64,000 nt of DNA from an uncultured Rhodospirillaceae bacterium (GCA_964587125.1 CAZPKC010000001.1:14872-78871), one strand, 5' to 3'; shown: positions 10,645 to 20,582, counted from the first letter of the stretch. Made by a program: numbers and translations. The notes: a model not told the origin generated them from the sequence alone.

Positions 10645-11751
10645 TTACCACGAAACGGCTGTGGCTGCTTTCTTGTCGGCTGCAAGAATTTTAGAGAGCA
10701 GCGTGATAAGTTCGAGCAATGGCTCCCACGGCATTTTACGGTTGGGATGGCGCTTGGACATGGAATCCCAGCAGTAGATGGCATGTCCCACTTTTCCAAG
10801 GCTGTTGCCCAGCGTCCAGTAAGCCTTGCTGCTGTTCTGAAGAAATTTCAGGAAGTCGGCGGACCCCGTTTTGAACTTGAACATTTTATCGTAAGAGCTT
10901 TGGTATTCGTTCAAGACGCGTTCCGCCGCATGCCATTCTTCCTGCAGGCGCGTTTTGATCATTTCCAACATCTCTTTAATTTCCGCGCGCTCCTGGCCCG
11001 ACACGGCGGCGATGGGAATTTTGACGTCTTTAAGCCACGTGGTGATATTCCCCATCGATTCAATGGTGCGCTGGTGCTCAAAGCCGTAAAAAATAATGCC
11101 TTTCCATGCGGCAAAAGTCTCAAGTTCCCTGCCCGCAGGCAAACGAAAAGCCATGACTAAGGGCTTCAAAGCTTCAAGATCGCGGCCTTCCCATATTTTT
11201 TCGACCAGCTTGCGCGCGACTTCATCGGACGATAAAGCATCGGGAAACGCCGCCTTGGCCAAGGGTTCGAAGCCTTGGAGAATAAACGCCTCGATCTGGC
11301 CCCATAATTCCTTACCGACCTCGAAATAATCGGGGTTCATATTTATTTTTTCGTTGATAAAGACATCCTTGAGCAAAAACGGATCTAGCGACGGCAATTT
11401 GTCGAGGACTTTGAGGATGCGCATATCCCCGTCCAGAAGTTCGCGGGGCAACGCGCCTTCGCCGAAATTATCGAGCAACGCCATCTCGGCGCCTTTATCG
11501 TGAACAAAGACGGTGCGTCCGCCTTCGTAGATGTCGTTCTCGTTGAAGGGCAGGTAAAGTTTGGTGCCAATGCCCGACGTGCGCGAATTCGGATCGGTAT
11601 CCTTGATCAACACCAAATTATTCAAGGGCTTGCACGAGAAAAACGTTTTGGCGTTCGGGTCTTTGGCCAGAATGCGCCGCGTCATGACGTTACAGTTCAG
11701 GACGCGCGGCGACCCGACATCGAGCATTGGTTTCAGGTATTCTTTAGTCAT
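10645..11751 (-). CDS. Hypothetical protein (368 aa)
   Basis: Long ORF with no motif I recognise. Divergent from the 12002 gene. Confidence 0.5.
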   Translation of the reverse strand: MTKEYLKPMLDVGSPRVLNCNVMTRRILAKDPNAKTFFSCKPLNNLVLIKDTDPNSRTSGIGTKLYLPFNENDIYEGGRTVFVHDKGAEMALLDNFGEGALPRELLDGDMRILKVLDKLPSLDPFLLKDVFINEKINMNPDYFEVGKELWGQIEAFILQGFEPLAKAAFPDALSSDEVARKLVEKIWEGRDLEALKPLVMAFRLPAGRELETFAAWKGIIFYGFEHQRTIESMGNITTWLKDVKIPIAAVSGQERAEIKEMLEMIKTRLQEEWHAAERVLNEYQSSYDKMFKFKTGSADFLKFLQNSSKAYWTLGNSLGKVGHAIYCWDSMSKRHPNRKMPWEPLLELITLLSKILAADKKAATAVSW

Positions 11752-12001
11752 AGGAACCAGCCAGCTAATTGAACAAAAATAAGGCGGACGAGTTTAGCTT
11801 GAATTAAGTTAAGAAAAGGTCACCAATTTCCTATTTCATGCAGAAGTATAGCGTCTTTTTCCCAATTATTGCATTTTTAGGCAAGCATGAAAGTAATATG
11901 AAACTTTACTGCTTTTGGCCCGCTTGTTATGTTGCGTCAGCCGATGGCGTGTATTTTCGGCCTTTTTGTGCAACATATTCGCGCGTTTTGGGAGATTATT
12001 T

Positions 12002-12985
12002 ATGGCATTCTTTGATGACGGGGATACTCCCTTTGACATGATGTCGGCCTTATCTTCGGCTATTAACGGGGGCCGCAACAGACAAGCTTCTATCGAAAAA
12101 AGTATCGCGGAGAGGATTGCGGAAGGACACGGGGTAAAGTTAATCAGGGACGCTTTCGATCTTTACCAAGCCGGCAACGAGCCCGAAGAGGTGTCCTACG
12201 GCGGCGGACTTTTCGCCTCCCTTATCAAAATGGGATTGGCGAAGGAAATCGCGGAAGACGATAAAATTATCCAGCAGGCGATTTCGTATTTTCGTCGCGA
12301 CAAAACGGTCGACGAAGCAACGAACGTTCTTATTCCTTTGGCGGAGAAGGGACAATCCGCCCGTATCGTCGCTTTGTATCCTGAAGTGTTTGACCGTTTG
12401 GCAGAATTATTGGCGTCGGGGGACAATTCTCTCATGACGCAAGCCTCGGCTCTTACCTCTTCCATGGCTCAAGATAAACAAGCCGACGCCATCGTCCGGC
12501 ATTCCGGATTGCTGTCCGCCATCGTTCAAGTTTATTCGGACGACACTCCTTATTCGGTCAACGAGAATGACAGGCCTTTGGAACCCACTCGTCTTGTTTT
12601 CTTCAAAATAGTGTCGGATGATCCGGACGCTAATCTGGATGCCCTTTTGGCCAATCTTTCCGAAGTCATGTCGTCTCTCCCAAACGAGCGGTTAGATGAT
12701 CCCACCGACAAAGTTACTTTGGGCGGGTATTTGCTTGCAACGCTGGTAAAGAACGAAACCGGTTCGACGGTCGTCAAGAATGAGGACGTGCTGGCAAAAA
12801 CGCGGGAATACCTTTGCGATTCAGGCGTCGGCGACAACACCCGCCGCTGCGCTATTGCCCTTGCGAATACCATCGTCGAGCATTCCGACAACGAATTTGC
12901 AGCCATGCGTTATTTTACTTTGAAGCGCTCCGGCAACGGCGTTTTAAGGGGATTTTGGGATCTTCTGCATAAGCCTCGGCGGTGA
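12002..12985 (+). CDS. Hypothetical protein (~327 aa)
   Basis: ORF 11915..12985. The ATG at 12002 is preferred because GGGAGA lies 7 nt upstream. The upstream region carries CATGAAAGTA and CCCAATTA motifs shared with the 4.2-6.7 kb elements. Confidence 0.5.
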   Translation: MAFFDDGDTPFDMMSALSSAINGGRNRQASIEKSIAERIAEGHGVKLIRDAFDLYQAGNEPEEVSYGGGLFASLIKMGLAKEIAEDDKIIQQAISYFRRDKTVDEATNVLIPLAEKGQSARIVALYPEVFDRLAELLASGDNSLMTQASALTSSMAQDKQADAIVRHSGLLSAIVQVYSDDTPYSVNENDRPLEPTRLVFFKIVSDDPDANLDALLANLSEVMSSLPNERLDDPTDKVTLGGYLLATLVKNETGSTVVKNEDVLAKTREYLCDSGVGDNTRRCAIALANTIVEHSDNEFAAMRYFTLKRSGNGVLRGFWDLLHKPRR

Positions 12986-12994
12986 TTTCGCCTT

Positions 12995-13753
12995 TTATTT
13001 TTTCGGCAGCCGCGCGGCGACGAAGTCCATCATCGGCTGCGGCAAAGCGGCCAGAAAGCGAACGATCGCATACATCTGCCACGGAAAAGCGATGCGGGCT
13101 TTATTATCGGCCAAGCCTTTGCGGATCAGGCGCGCCGCGCGTTCGGGAGACATCAAAAACGGCATCTGGAAGGGGTTCGCGTCGGTCATCGGCGTTTTGA
13201 TAAAACCCGGGCATATGACATTGACTTCGACGCCATACGGCGCCATTTCCGCGCGCAAACCTTCGCCGTAAACGCGCACCGCCGCCTTGCTGGCCGCGTA
13301 GGCGGAGCTTCCGGCAAAACCGCGAAAGCCAGCCAGAGAACTGACGATCGCTATCTGCCCGAATCCGCGCTCTTTCATCAAGGGCAACGCGGGATGGATC
13401 GTATTAAAAACGCCGGAGACGTTAACGGCGAATACCGTTTTCGATTGATCGTCGATTTCTTCGATGCGCGAGGTCTTGCCGGAAATGCCCGCGTTGGCGA
13501 TGATAAGGTCTATCGCCGCCGCTTTGTCGCGCTCCTTTATCCACGCGGCCATCGTTTCCGCGTCGGTAACGTCGCCCATGTGCGTCGCGACTTCCGCGCC
13601 GCGCCTGCGCGCTTGCGCCGCCGTACGCTCCAAACGTTCCGCCTTGCGCCCGTGCAACGATAAAATAATGCCCGGCGCAGCATACGTGAACGCCAAAGCC
13701 GCGCCGATGCCGCTCGAGGCTCCCGTTATCAAAATATGGCGAGGATCGCGCAT
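12995..13753 (-). CDS. Short-chain dehydrogenase/reductase (SDR) family oxidoreductase
   Basis: 252 aa starting MRDPRHILITGASSGIGAAL (TGxxxGIG Rossmann motif), NAG and YxxxK (YAASK) motifs. The N-terminal 227 aa of the 479-aa track ORF overlap gmk and were discarded. Confidence 0.8.
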   Translation of the reverse strand: MRDPRHILITGASSGIGAALAFTYAAPGIILSLHGRKAERLERTAAQARRRGAEVATHMGDVTDAETMAAWIKERDKAAAIDLIIANAGISGKTSRIEEIDDQSKTVFAVNVSGVFNTIHPALPLMKERGFGQIAIVSSLAGFRGFAGSSAYAASKAAVRVYGEGLRAEMAPYGVEVNVICPGFIKTPMTDANPFQMPFLMSPERAARLIRKGLADNKARIAFPWQMYAIVRFLAALPQPMMDFVAARLPKK

Positions 13754-13825
13754 GATGAAAAAAGATAACAAGAATAACGAGAATCTGCACGTATAATTTT
13801 CCAACATTGCTGTTCGGAAATAAAA

Positions 13826-14485
13826 ATGCTTAAAAGGCTTATGACATTGCCTTTCGATTTGATTCGCCGACGTGGATTGATGCTCGTTCTGTCCTCTCCT
13901 TCGGGCGCGGGAAAAACTACGTTGTCGCGCCGCCTTTTGGAAACCGATTCGGAAATTTCGTTGTCGATTTCCGTCACGACCCGCGCGCCGCGCAAGGGCG
14001 AGGTTCCGGGTCGCGACTATATATTCGTCGACGCGACCGAATTCAACCTGATGATCAACCGCAACCAGCTTCTGGAACACGCGAAGGTATTCGGCAACTA
14101 TTACGGCACGCCGCGCGCGCCCGTCGAAGAAGCTTTGGCGAAAGGGCGCGACGTTTTGTTCGACATCGACTGGCAGGGCACGCAACAGCTCGCGGAAAAA
14201 GCGCGCGACGACCTCGTGAGCCTCTTTATCTTGCCGCCGTCGTGGTACGAGCTTGAGCGACGCCTGATGAACCGCGCGCAGGATGATCCTTCGGAAATCA
14301 ATCTCCGCATGGCCAAGGCCTCGGACGAGATGAGCCATTGGGCGGAATACGATTATGTCCTCGTCAACAAAGACATCGACCAATCGGTCGAAGCGCTGCG
14401 CGCGATTTTGCTCGCGGAAAGGCTGAAACGCCACCGGCAGCTTGGGTTATCCGAATTCGTCGGCGGATTGCAGGCGGGACGTTAG
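13826..14485 (+). CDS. gmk: Guanylate kinase
   Basis: SPSGAGKTTL P-loop and GMP-kinase architecture, 219 aa. Confidence 0.9.
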   Translation: MLKRLMTLPFDLIRRRGLMLVLSSPSGAGKTTLSRRLLETDSEISLSISVTTRAPRKGEVPGRDYIFVDATEFNLMINRNQLLEHAKVFGNYYGTPRAPVEEALAKGRDVLFDIDWQGTQQLAEKARDDLVSLFILPPSWYELERRLMNRAQDDPSEINLRMAKASDEMSHWAEYDYVLVNKDIDQSVEALRAILLAERLKRHRQLGLSEFVGGLQAGR

Positions 14486-15720
14486 GGTCGGGACACCTGT
14501 CCCGCACGCGCGATTGTTCTTGCATGAACGCCTAAGACTCCAAGAAAGCCTTCGGAATCTTTGTGATCGAACGAGCCTTCGTTTTCCATCGAACTGTCGC
14601 TTGAAAACAGGTTATGCGGGATATCGGTCGCATTGATGTAGGAAACGTTGCCTTTGTAAACCGAGACCGTGATCGTTCCCGTCGCCAGCTTCGTCGCTTC
14701 GGCGATCGCTTTGCGCGACATGCGCGTGGCGACGTCGTTCCAGTAGCCCTGATAAAGCTGCTTGGAAATTTCTGCCGACAGTTTTGAGAACAACTCATGC
14801 GCGCGGCGGTCGAGGATCAACTGCAAGAGGAACGCATAAGCGGAGCCGAGCAATTCCATGCCGGGCGCTTCGTAGATGCCGCGCGATTTGACGCCGACGA
14901 AGCGATTTTCGACCATATGGAGACCGATGCCGACGCCGTGCTTGCCGCCGATTTCGTTCGCGATCAGCATCGCTTTCAAAGCATCGACGGGTTTGCCGTT
15001 GATCAAAACCGGCTTGCCTTCCTCGAAGCGCACGGAAAATTCCTCGGCCTTGTCGGGAGCTTGTTCGGGCCAGACGCCCATTTCCGGCGTGACAAAATGC
15101 GCGGGCGTTTGGAGAGATTCCAGTTTGCCCGCTTCATGCGTCAAACCTAAAAGATTGGCGTCCGTCGAATAGGGCTTGTCGCGCGAAGCCTTGATCGGAA
15201 GGCCGTGCTGCTCGCAATACTCGATCATCGGGATGCGGCCTCCGAAGCGGTTCAGAAACGCTTCGTCGCGCCACGGGGCGTAGACGCTGAAATCGGGCTC
15301 CAGCATATTCGTGATGAGTTGGAACCGCACCTGATCGTTGCCGCGTCCCGTCGCGCCGTGGCTGAAAATTTTCAGGCCGCGCTTTTTCATCTCGGGCAAA
15401 ATGCCCGCGACCGTCACTTGACGCCCGAACGGAGTCGTCGACCAATAGCGGCTTTCGTAACAGGTTTGCGCCTGAACTCCTTCGATGCCGATTTCGGCCA
15501 TTTGTTTTTGCAAAGGGATGCCGATGAAATCGACCGCGCCGCACGCGCGCATGCGCTTTTCGATCGAACCGAAATCGGTTTCGTCCGGCTGCGCCAAATC
15601 CGCCGTGCAGGCCACCACTTTGACCCCCTGCTCGGTCAGCCAATGCGTGATGGTGCAACTGTCGAGGCCGCCCGAAGCTGCGAAGGCGATAGTCTTTCCT
15701 TTAAGGTCGCTGACATTCAT
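14482..15720 (-). CDS. argG: Argininosuccinate synthase
   Basis: AFAASGGLDS PP-loop and GATGRGNDQVRF signature, 412 aa. Confidence 0.9.
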   Translation of the reverse strand: MNVSDLKGKTIAFAASGGLDSCTITHWLTEQGVKVVACTADLAQPDETDFGSIEKRMRACGAVDFIGIPLQKQMAEIGIEGVQAQTCYESRYWSTTPFGRQVTVAGILPEMKKRGLKIFSHGATGRGNDQVRFQLITNMLEPDFSVYAPWRDEAFLNRFGGRIPMIEYCEQHGLPIKASRDKPYSTDANLLGLTHEAGKLESLQTPAHFVTPEMGVWPEQAPDKAEEFSVRFEEGKPVLINGKPVDALKAMLIANEIGGKHGVGIGLHMVENRFVGVKSRGIYEAPGMELLGSAYAFLLQLILDRRAHELFSKLSAEISKQLYQGYWNDVATRMSRKAIAEATKLATGTITVSVYKGNVSYINATDIPHNLFSSDSSMENEGSFDHKDSEGFLGVLGVHARTIARAGQVSRP

Positions 15721-15988
15721 AATTTTTCTCCGTTAGTGGGGATACATTTCGCCTGCGCGTTGCAGGCAGTCGTAACTATGTGTTGGGGTCGATGAAAATG
15801 TGCGCAGTCACGCGCGTCGCGCATCGCGGCGGAAAGAAAAAACGGAATGCAAAGTCGTTTTCATGCCGCAAACATTACATTGTTTGAACATTGAAAGCAA
15901 GAGAAACAAATCGGATTCCGCATAACGCGCATTTTGCAAAACGCAAAAAGCGCGTTTTGAGGAATGACGGAAAAAAACTTGAGAATTT

Positions 15989-16981
15989 TTACGCGTTCGC
16001 AGCTTGAAGCGGCTCGGCGGACTGAATAACGACGGGCGTAGAGGCCTGTTGCGCCGTTTCTTCTCCGATGTGCGGGTCGTTCGCGGCTTCGCGTTCGTAG
16101 GGCAAGGATTCTAAAGCGCCTCGCCCTCCCGTCACGACCAGTTCGGCAAGCGTTCCCGTCGGCGTAAAGCAACCGCAAATCAAAGGCCCTCCGCGACCGC
16201 AGCCGCCGTCGAGCGTCACGGCGAGATCGTCGAGATCGGCCCCTCCATTGACGGAATCAAATCCGCGTACGATGCGGCTGTACGACGCCTGCGCGCGCGC
16301 GGTCACGCGGAACGGCGCGGCAGTCCACCACAAGGCTTCGCCCTGATCGTCGAGCGAACGCGCCGGATCGAAGCTCGCCGGAACGAACAACATCCGTTTC
16401 TGGTCAGGGCCTTGATTGGCGAATGCGGCGCGGCGCATCGTGAACATCAGTTTTTCATGCCCGGGCGCGTTGCGCTGCAACGTGCGAAGCTGGTTCGTCC
16501 AACGCGTGAGCGCAAGGCTTCCCGCGCGGGCGACCGAACGCGTGTCGGTGACGCTGACTCCGTACAGGCGCAAATAGGATTCCACGCCGGACGCAATCAA
16601 TTTCTCAAGCATCTGGTGCGGCAGGGGCGCAAATTGCAGACGCAGCAAACGCTGCCACGCTTCTTCGGCGGGGCCGCGCAGATAGACGATATCGGAAGCT
16701 TCGACTCCCGTTTTGCAAAGAAGGGCCGAACGGAAAACCAAAAGTTCTTCCATCACGGCGGCGTTGTTCCGCGACTCGACGCCCAGATAATTGCCCAGAT
16801 AAACGAGCCTGTCGCGCACGGAAAACCGCGACGCAATATGATCGTGAAGCGTGGCGAGGCGATCGACGTCTCCGTGGATGGCGGCAACCGCCCAGATACG
16901 GCGAGGCGAGCCCAATTCGGCGAATTTTTCGTTCACGGTCAAAGCTTTCGTTAAGAAGATATTAACGAGGGATTTGAACAT
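15989..16981 (-). CDS. Calcineurin-like metallophosphoesterase family protein, probably non-catalytic (GDxHG replaced by AAIHG)
   Basis: RIWAVAAIHGDVDRL and LVYLGNYLG resemble the first two metallophosphatase motifs, but the metal-binding Asp of motif I is Ala. Confidence 0.4.
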   Translation of the reverse strand: MFKSLVNIFLTKALTVNEKFAELGSPRRIWAVAAIHGDVDRLATLHDHIASRFSVRDRLVYLGNYLGVESRNNAAVMEELLVFRSALLCKTGVEASDIVYLRGPAEEAWQRLLRLQFAPLPHQMLEKLIASGVESYLRLYGVSVTDTRSVARAGSLALTRWTNQLRTLQRNAPGHEKLMFTMRRAAFANQGPDQKRMLFVPASFDPARSLDDQGEALWWTAAPFRVTARAQASYSRIVRGFDSVNGGADLDDLAVTLDGGCGRGGPLICGCFTPTGTLAELVVTGGRGALESLPYEREAANDPHIGEETAQQASTPVVIQSAEPLQAANA

Positions 16982-17035
16982 GCGAATCAGGGGGAAAGCA
17001 ATGATTCGATTCGCGCGCGCGGCTTCGGACGCTTT

Positions 17036-18244
17036 TTATTTGTGGATACTTTGAAGGCGGCGGCAGGCTTCTTCGATATTCGCGCGACTGTTGAAAGCGG
17101 AAAGGCGGAAATAGCCTTCGCCTTTTGCGCCAAAGCCCACGCCGGGCGTCACGACGACGCCCGCGTGTTCGAGAAGAAAAGCGAATGTATCCCAGCTCGT
17201 CACGCCTTCGCGAGCCTTGCCCCACAAATAAGGCGCATCGATGCCGCCTGTGACAATCCATCCGCCACTTTTCAGGGCCGTGGCGAGAAGGCGCGCGTTT
17301 TCGAGATAGAAAGAAGTCAATGCGCGGACTTGCGCTTTTCCTTCTTCGGAATAAAGAGCTTCCGCCGCGCGCTGCACCGGATAGGCGACGCCGTTGAATC
17401 TTGTTGCGTGGCGGCGCTTCCAAAGCGCGTTCAGGGCGTATGGTTCGCTGTTTTTCTTTTGCCCTTGCACGCCTTTCGGCACGACCGTAAAGCCGCAGCG
17501 AAGTCCCGTGAATCCGCCGTTTTTCGAAAAGCTGCGCATTTCGACGGCGCACGTCGAGGCTCCCGGAATTTCGTAGATCGAACGCGGAATATCCGGCGTA
17601 TGCACATAGGCTTCGTAGGCGGCATCAAAAAGGATGATCGCGCGATGCCGCTGCGCATAGGCGACCCACGCCGTCAGTTGCTTGCGCGTCGCGACAGCTC
17701 CCGTGGGGTTGTTGGGAAAGCACAAATAGATGAGATCGGCGAATGCATCGGGCGGAGACGGAACGAAGCCGTTTTCTTCCGTGCCTTCGAGAAAAGAAAC
17801 GTTCGCGTTCCCCGCCATGACGTTCGTATCGACATAGGCGGGGTAGACCGGGTCTGGCATCAGGATGCGATTGCCCGGGCCGAAAATATCCAGAATGTTT
17901 CCGCAATCGCTTTTGCAGCCGTCGGAGACGAAAATTTCGTCGTCCAAAATTTCCATGCCGCGCGAACGATAGTCGTTTTCGGCAATCGCGCGGCGCAGAA
18001 AATCATAGCCTCCGTCCGGCGCGTAGCCGCGAAAGGTTTCGCGCGCGGCCATTTCGTCCGTCGCTTTGTGCAAGGCCGAGATGCACGCGGCGGGCAACGG
18101 CTCCGTCACGTCGCCGATGCCGCAGCGCACGAGGTGCGCGGCTTTATCGGGATGCTCTTTCCGAAAAGCTTCGACGCGCCGCGCAATTTCGGCAAACAGG
18201 TAATTTTCGGAGAGCTTGAGAAAGTTCTCGTTGATGAAAGCCAT
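17036..18244 (-). CDS. dapL: LL-diaminopimelate aminotransferase
   Basis: N-terminus MAFINENFLKLSENYLFAEIARRV is the characteristic DapL start. Class I aminotransferase fold, 402 aa. Confidence 0.75.
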   Translation of the reverse strand: MAFINENFLKLSENYLFAEIARRVEAFRKEHPDKAAHLVRCGIGDVTEPLPAACISALHKATDEMAARETFRGYAPDGGYDFLRRAIAENDYRSRGMEILDDEIFVSDGCKSDCGNILDIFGPGNRILMPDPVYPAYVDTNVMAGNANVSFLEGTEENGFVPSPPDAFADLIYLCFPNNPTGAVATRKQLTAWVAYAQRHRAIILFDAAYEAYVHTPDIPRSIYEIPGASTCAVEMRSFSKNGGFTGLRCGFTVVPKGVQGQKKNSEPYALNALWKRRHATRFNGVAYPVQRAAEALYSEEGKAQVRALTSFYLENARLLATALKSGGWIVTGGIDAPYLWGKAREGVTSWDTFAFLLEHAGVVVTPGVGFGAKGEGYFRLSAFNSRANIEEACRRLQSIHK

Positions 18245-18265
18245 ATTAATCCGTTTTCGGCGGGT

Positions 18266-19309
18266 TTATTTTTCCAGCACAATCTCGGCGCGGCGGTTTT
18301 GCGCTTCGCGCACGCCGTCTGTCGTCGGAACCAGAAGGCCGTTCTTGCCGACGCCCGTTTCCTTGATGTTGGCAGTTTTGACGCCCAGTTTTTCAAGCTC
18401 GGCCTTGACCGCCAACGCGCGGCGTTCAGACAGCTTGAGATTGTAGGCTTTCGTGCCGACCGTATCGGTATGGCCCGTGACGTCGATTGCCGCATAGCCG
18501 TCTTTCTGGAACTTCTGCGCGGCCGCCGCGATGATCTTCTTGGCTTCGGGCGTAAGTACGGATTTGTCGAAGTCGAAGAACACCATAAAGCTTTGCGCGA
18601 CCGGTGCGACCGCAGCCTTGGCCGGAACATAAGGCGCGACTTTGGGCGGCTCGACCTTGGCCAGAGGAGCCGCGGGTTCTTCCGCGCCGAAGCTGTAACG
18701 CACGCCAAGAACGATGTTATGCGAGGCGTTGGTTATGCGTCCTTGGCTTCCGCCCGTATAACCGACTTTGGGATCGAAAGAAGAGACATAGCGATAATCA
18801 GCCGTGATCGCCCAGTTTTTATCCAACTGCGCTGAAGCGCCTGCAATCGCCTGATAAGCGGCGACAACCGTGTCGCCGTTAAGATAGGAACCCGGAACGC
18901 CGACATTCCGCACGCCAACGAAATCCGGGCCGATGCCCGCGCCGATATAGGGCGAAAGAACTTTTCCGGTTTTGAAATCGTAGAACGCGTTGAGGAACGC
19001 CGCGTTGTTGCTGATATGACCGCTGGCGGCGACGCCGTCGATGGTTTTGGCGTTGGTCTGGTTATGGAAATATTCGCCTTCGAAGCGAAGGCCCATGTCC
19101 AAAGCATATCCGGCGCTGCCGAGCAGATCGAGACCGGCGTCCACGTCTTTGCCGTTGTGCGTTGTCCCCGCATGAATGGCAGGGTCTTCGGGTATGGCGT
19201 CGCCGACGCCTGCGGCGGCATACCAACCGGGCGTCGTATCGGCATGGGCGGCGGAAGAGGCCAGAAGGGCAACGGTCAACGCCACGAGGGATATGGAAAT
19301 GGTTTTCAT
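18266..19309 (-). CDS. Outer-membrane protein: Omp25/porin-like beta-barrel with C-terminal OmpA domain
   Basis: Signal peptide, an aromatic/Gly-rich barrel region, an Ala/Pro linker, and an OmpA-like C-terminus (TGHTDTVGTKAYNLKLSERRA). Confidence 0.8.
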   Translation of the reverse strand: MKTISISLVALTVALLASSAAHADTTPGWYAAAGVGDAIPEDPAIHAGTTHNGKDVDAGLDLLGSAGYALDMGLRFEGEYFHNQTNAKTIDGVAASGHISNNAAFLNAFYDFKTGKVLSPYIGAGIGPDFVGVRNVGVPGSYLNGDTVVAAYQAIAGASAQLDKNWAITADYRYVSSFDPKVGYTGGSQGRITNASHNIVLGVRYSFGAEEPAAPLAKVEPPKVAPYVPAKAAVAPVAQSFMVFFDFDKSVLTPEAKKIIAAAAQKFQKDGYAAIDVTGHTDTVGTKAYNLKLSERRALAVKAELEKLGVKTANIKETGVGKNGLLVPTTDGVREAQNRRAEIVLEK

Positions 19310-19456
19310 GTTTTTCTCCTTTGGGCGAGCAAAATACCACTAAACCCTTTCCAAGGCAAAATCCTTAGGCAGAAAATGAGGTTATATTTCAAACCTTTTG
19401 TTATTATTCGAGATTGTTGTTTTTGTGCACCTCCCTTTCATGCTAAGAAATTCCCT

Positions 19457-19857
19457 GCCAGACGGTCGGATGATCGCCTACCGCTTTCTTGAGCGGTAGG
19501 AGGAAAGTCCGGGCTTCGGGGGAAAAGGGCGCCGGATAACGTCCGGTTGGGGCGACCCAAAGGAAAGTGCCACAGAAAATAAACTACCCGTTCATTTGAG
19601 CGGGAAAAGGTGAAAAGGTGCGGTAAGAGCGCACCGCGTTTTTGGTAACAGAAACGGCACGGAAAACCCCGCCCGAAGCAAAACCGAATAGGAGCCGCAT
19701 AGCGCATATCTGGTCTTCGGATCATAGATGCGCGGCGTTTTCCCCGCGCGCGGTTCGGGTTGGTTGCTTGAGGCGTTCGGCAACGAACGTCCTAGATGAA
19801 TGATCGTCCGCCGCATGAAAGTGCGGCGACAAAACCCGGCTTATAGACCGTCTGGCA
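19457..19857 (+). ncRNA. rnpB: RNase P RNA (bacterial type A)
   Basis: Universal GGAGGAAAGTCCGGGCT (P4) segment. The P1 helix is formed by GCCAGACGGTC (5') pairing with GACCGTCTGGC (3'). ACAGAAA and GGTAAGAGCGCACC elements are present. Confidence 0.85.
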
Positions 19858-19991
19858 ATTTTTTATAATGAACGGTTCCTTGTTTAGCGCGCAAGATGGA
19901 TTGAAAAACAATTCTCTTTGAAAAAGCCGGCAGAGGACATTAAACATGCGATGTCAGTCTGGCCCTCTCATAATGAAATCGGCCCCGCGTC

Positions 19992-20582
19992 ATGAAGAGT
20001 CCGCCTTTTTACTCTCAAATGGTTATCGACTGGAAACGCGATGGCTTTCCTTCGGAAGAAACGGGCGCGTCTTGGGCTCCCCGGGGTTGCGGCATTGCGT
20101 GTCTGCGCATGCTTTTGGAATTCAGCCTTCAAGCCCGCGGGCTGACTCTCCAAGATAGGTACTGGGATTTAATTAAACGAGGCGTCGATGAGGGGGCTTA
20201 CTGCGACAAGGGCTGGATCCATAAGGGCCTTTTGAAGCTGGCAAGTTCTTATGGCCTTAAGGGAGAGTGTCATCGAGGGAAGAATACGCGTTCCGTTTTT
20301 GAGGCCATTCGACGCGATAGCCTGTGCATAGTATCCGTCTCTCTGGCCTTTCGTGGCGGCGAGTGTATCAACGGCCAAATCGCAGGAAAAGGCGGCCATC
20401 TTATTCTGGTCTATGGGATAGACGCGCATGACGACGGAAGCGAGCAATTAATCTGTCACCACCCGAGCAGCTATCCCGAATTGAATTGGCCCGATCACAG
20501 GATAGACAACGAGAAGTTTATTCAGTCTTTTTCGGGCAACTTTATTGAATTTTATACGCCGACCGAACCTTCACGGGAATAA
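19992..20582 (+). CDS. Peptidase C39-like (papain-fold cysteine peptidase) domain protein, standalone
   Basis: GCGIACLRMLL (catalytic Cys motif of C39-type peptidases) and a downstream GHLILVYG His motif. 196 aa with no transporter domain attached. Confidence 0.5.
   Translation: MKSPPFYSQMVIDWKRDGFPSEETGASWAPRGCGIACLRMLLEFSLQARGLTLQDRYWDLIKRGVDEGAYCDKGWIHKGLLKLASSYGLKGECHRGKNTRSVFEAIRRDSLCIVSVSLAFRGGECINGQIAGKGGHLILVYGIDAHDDGSEQLICHHPSSYPELNWPDHRIDNEKFIQSFSGNFIEFYTPTEPSRE

Noticed and set aside
13754-14434. N-terminal 227 aa of the 479-aa minus ORF 12995..14434
   Set aside because: This part overlaps gmk on the opposite strand and has no SDR features. The SDR begins at the internal MRDPRH start at 13753.
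17042-18835. 597-aa plus-strand ORF, the longest antisense ORF in the window
   Set aside because: It runs antisense across dapL and the OmpA-like gene, both of which have strong protein signatures. Its composition is Arg/Ala-rich as expected for a GC-rich antisense frame.
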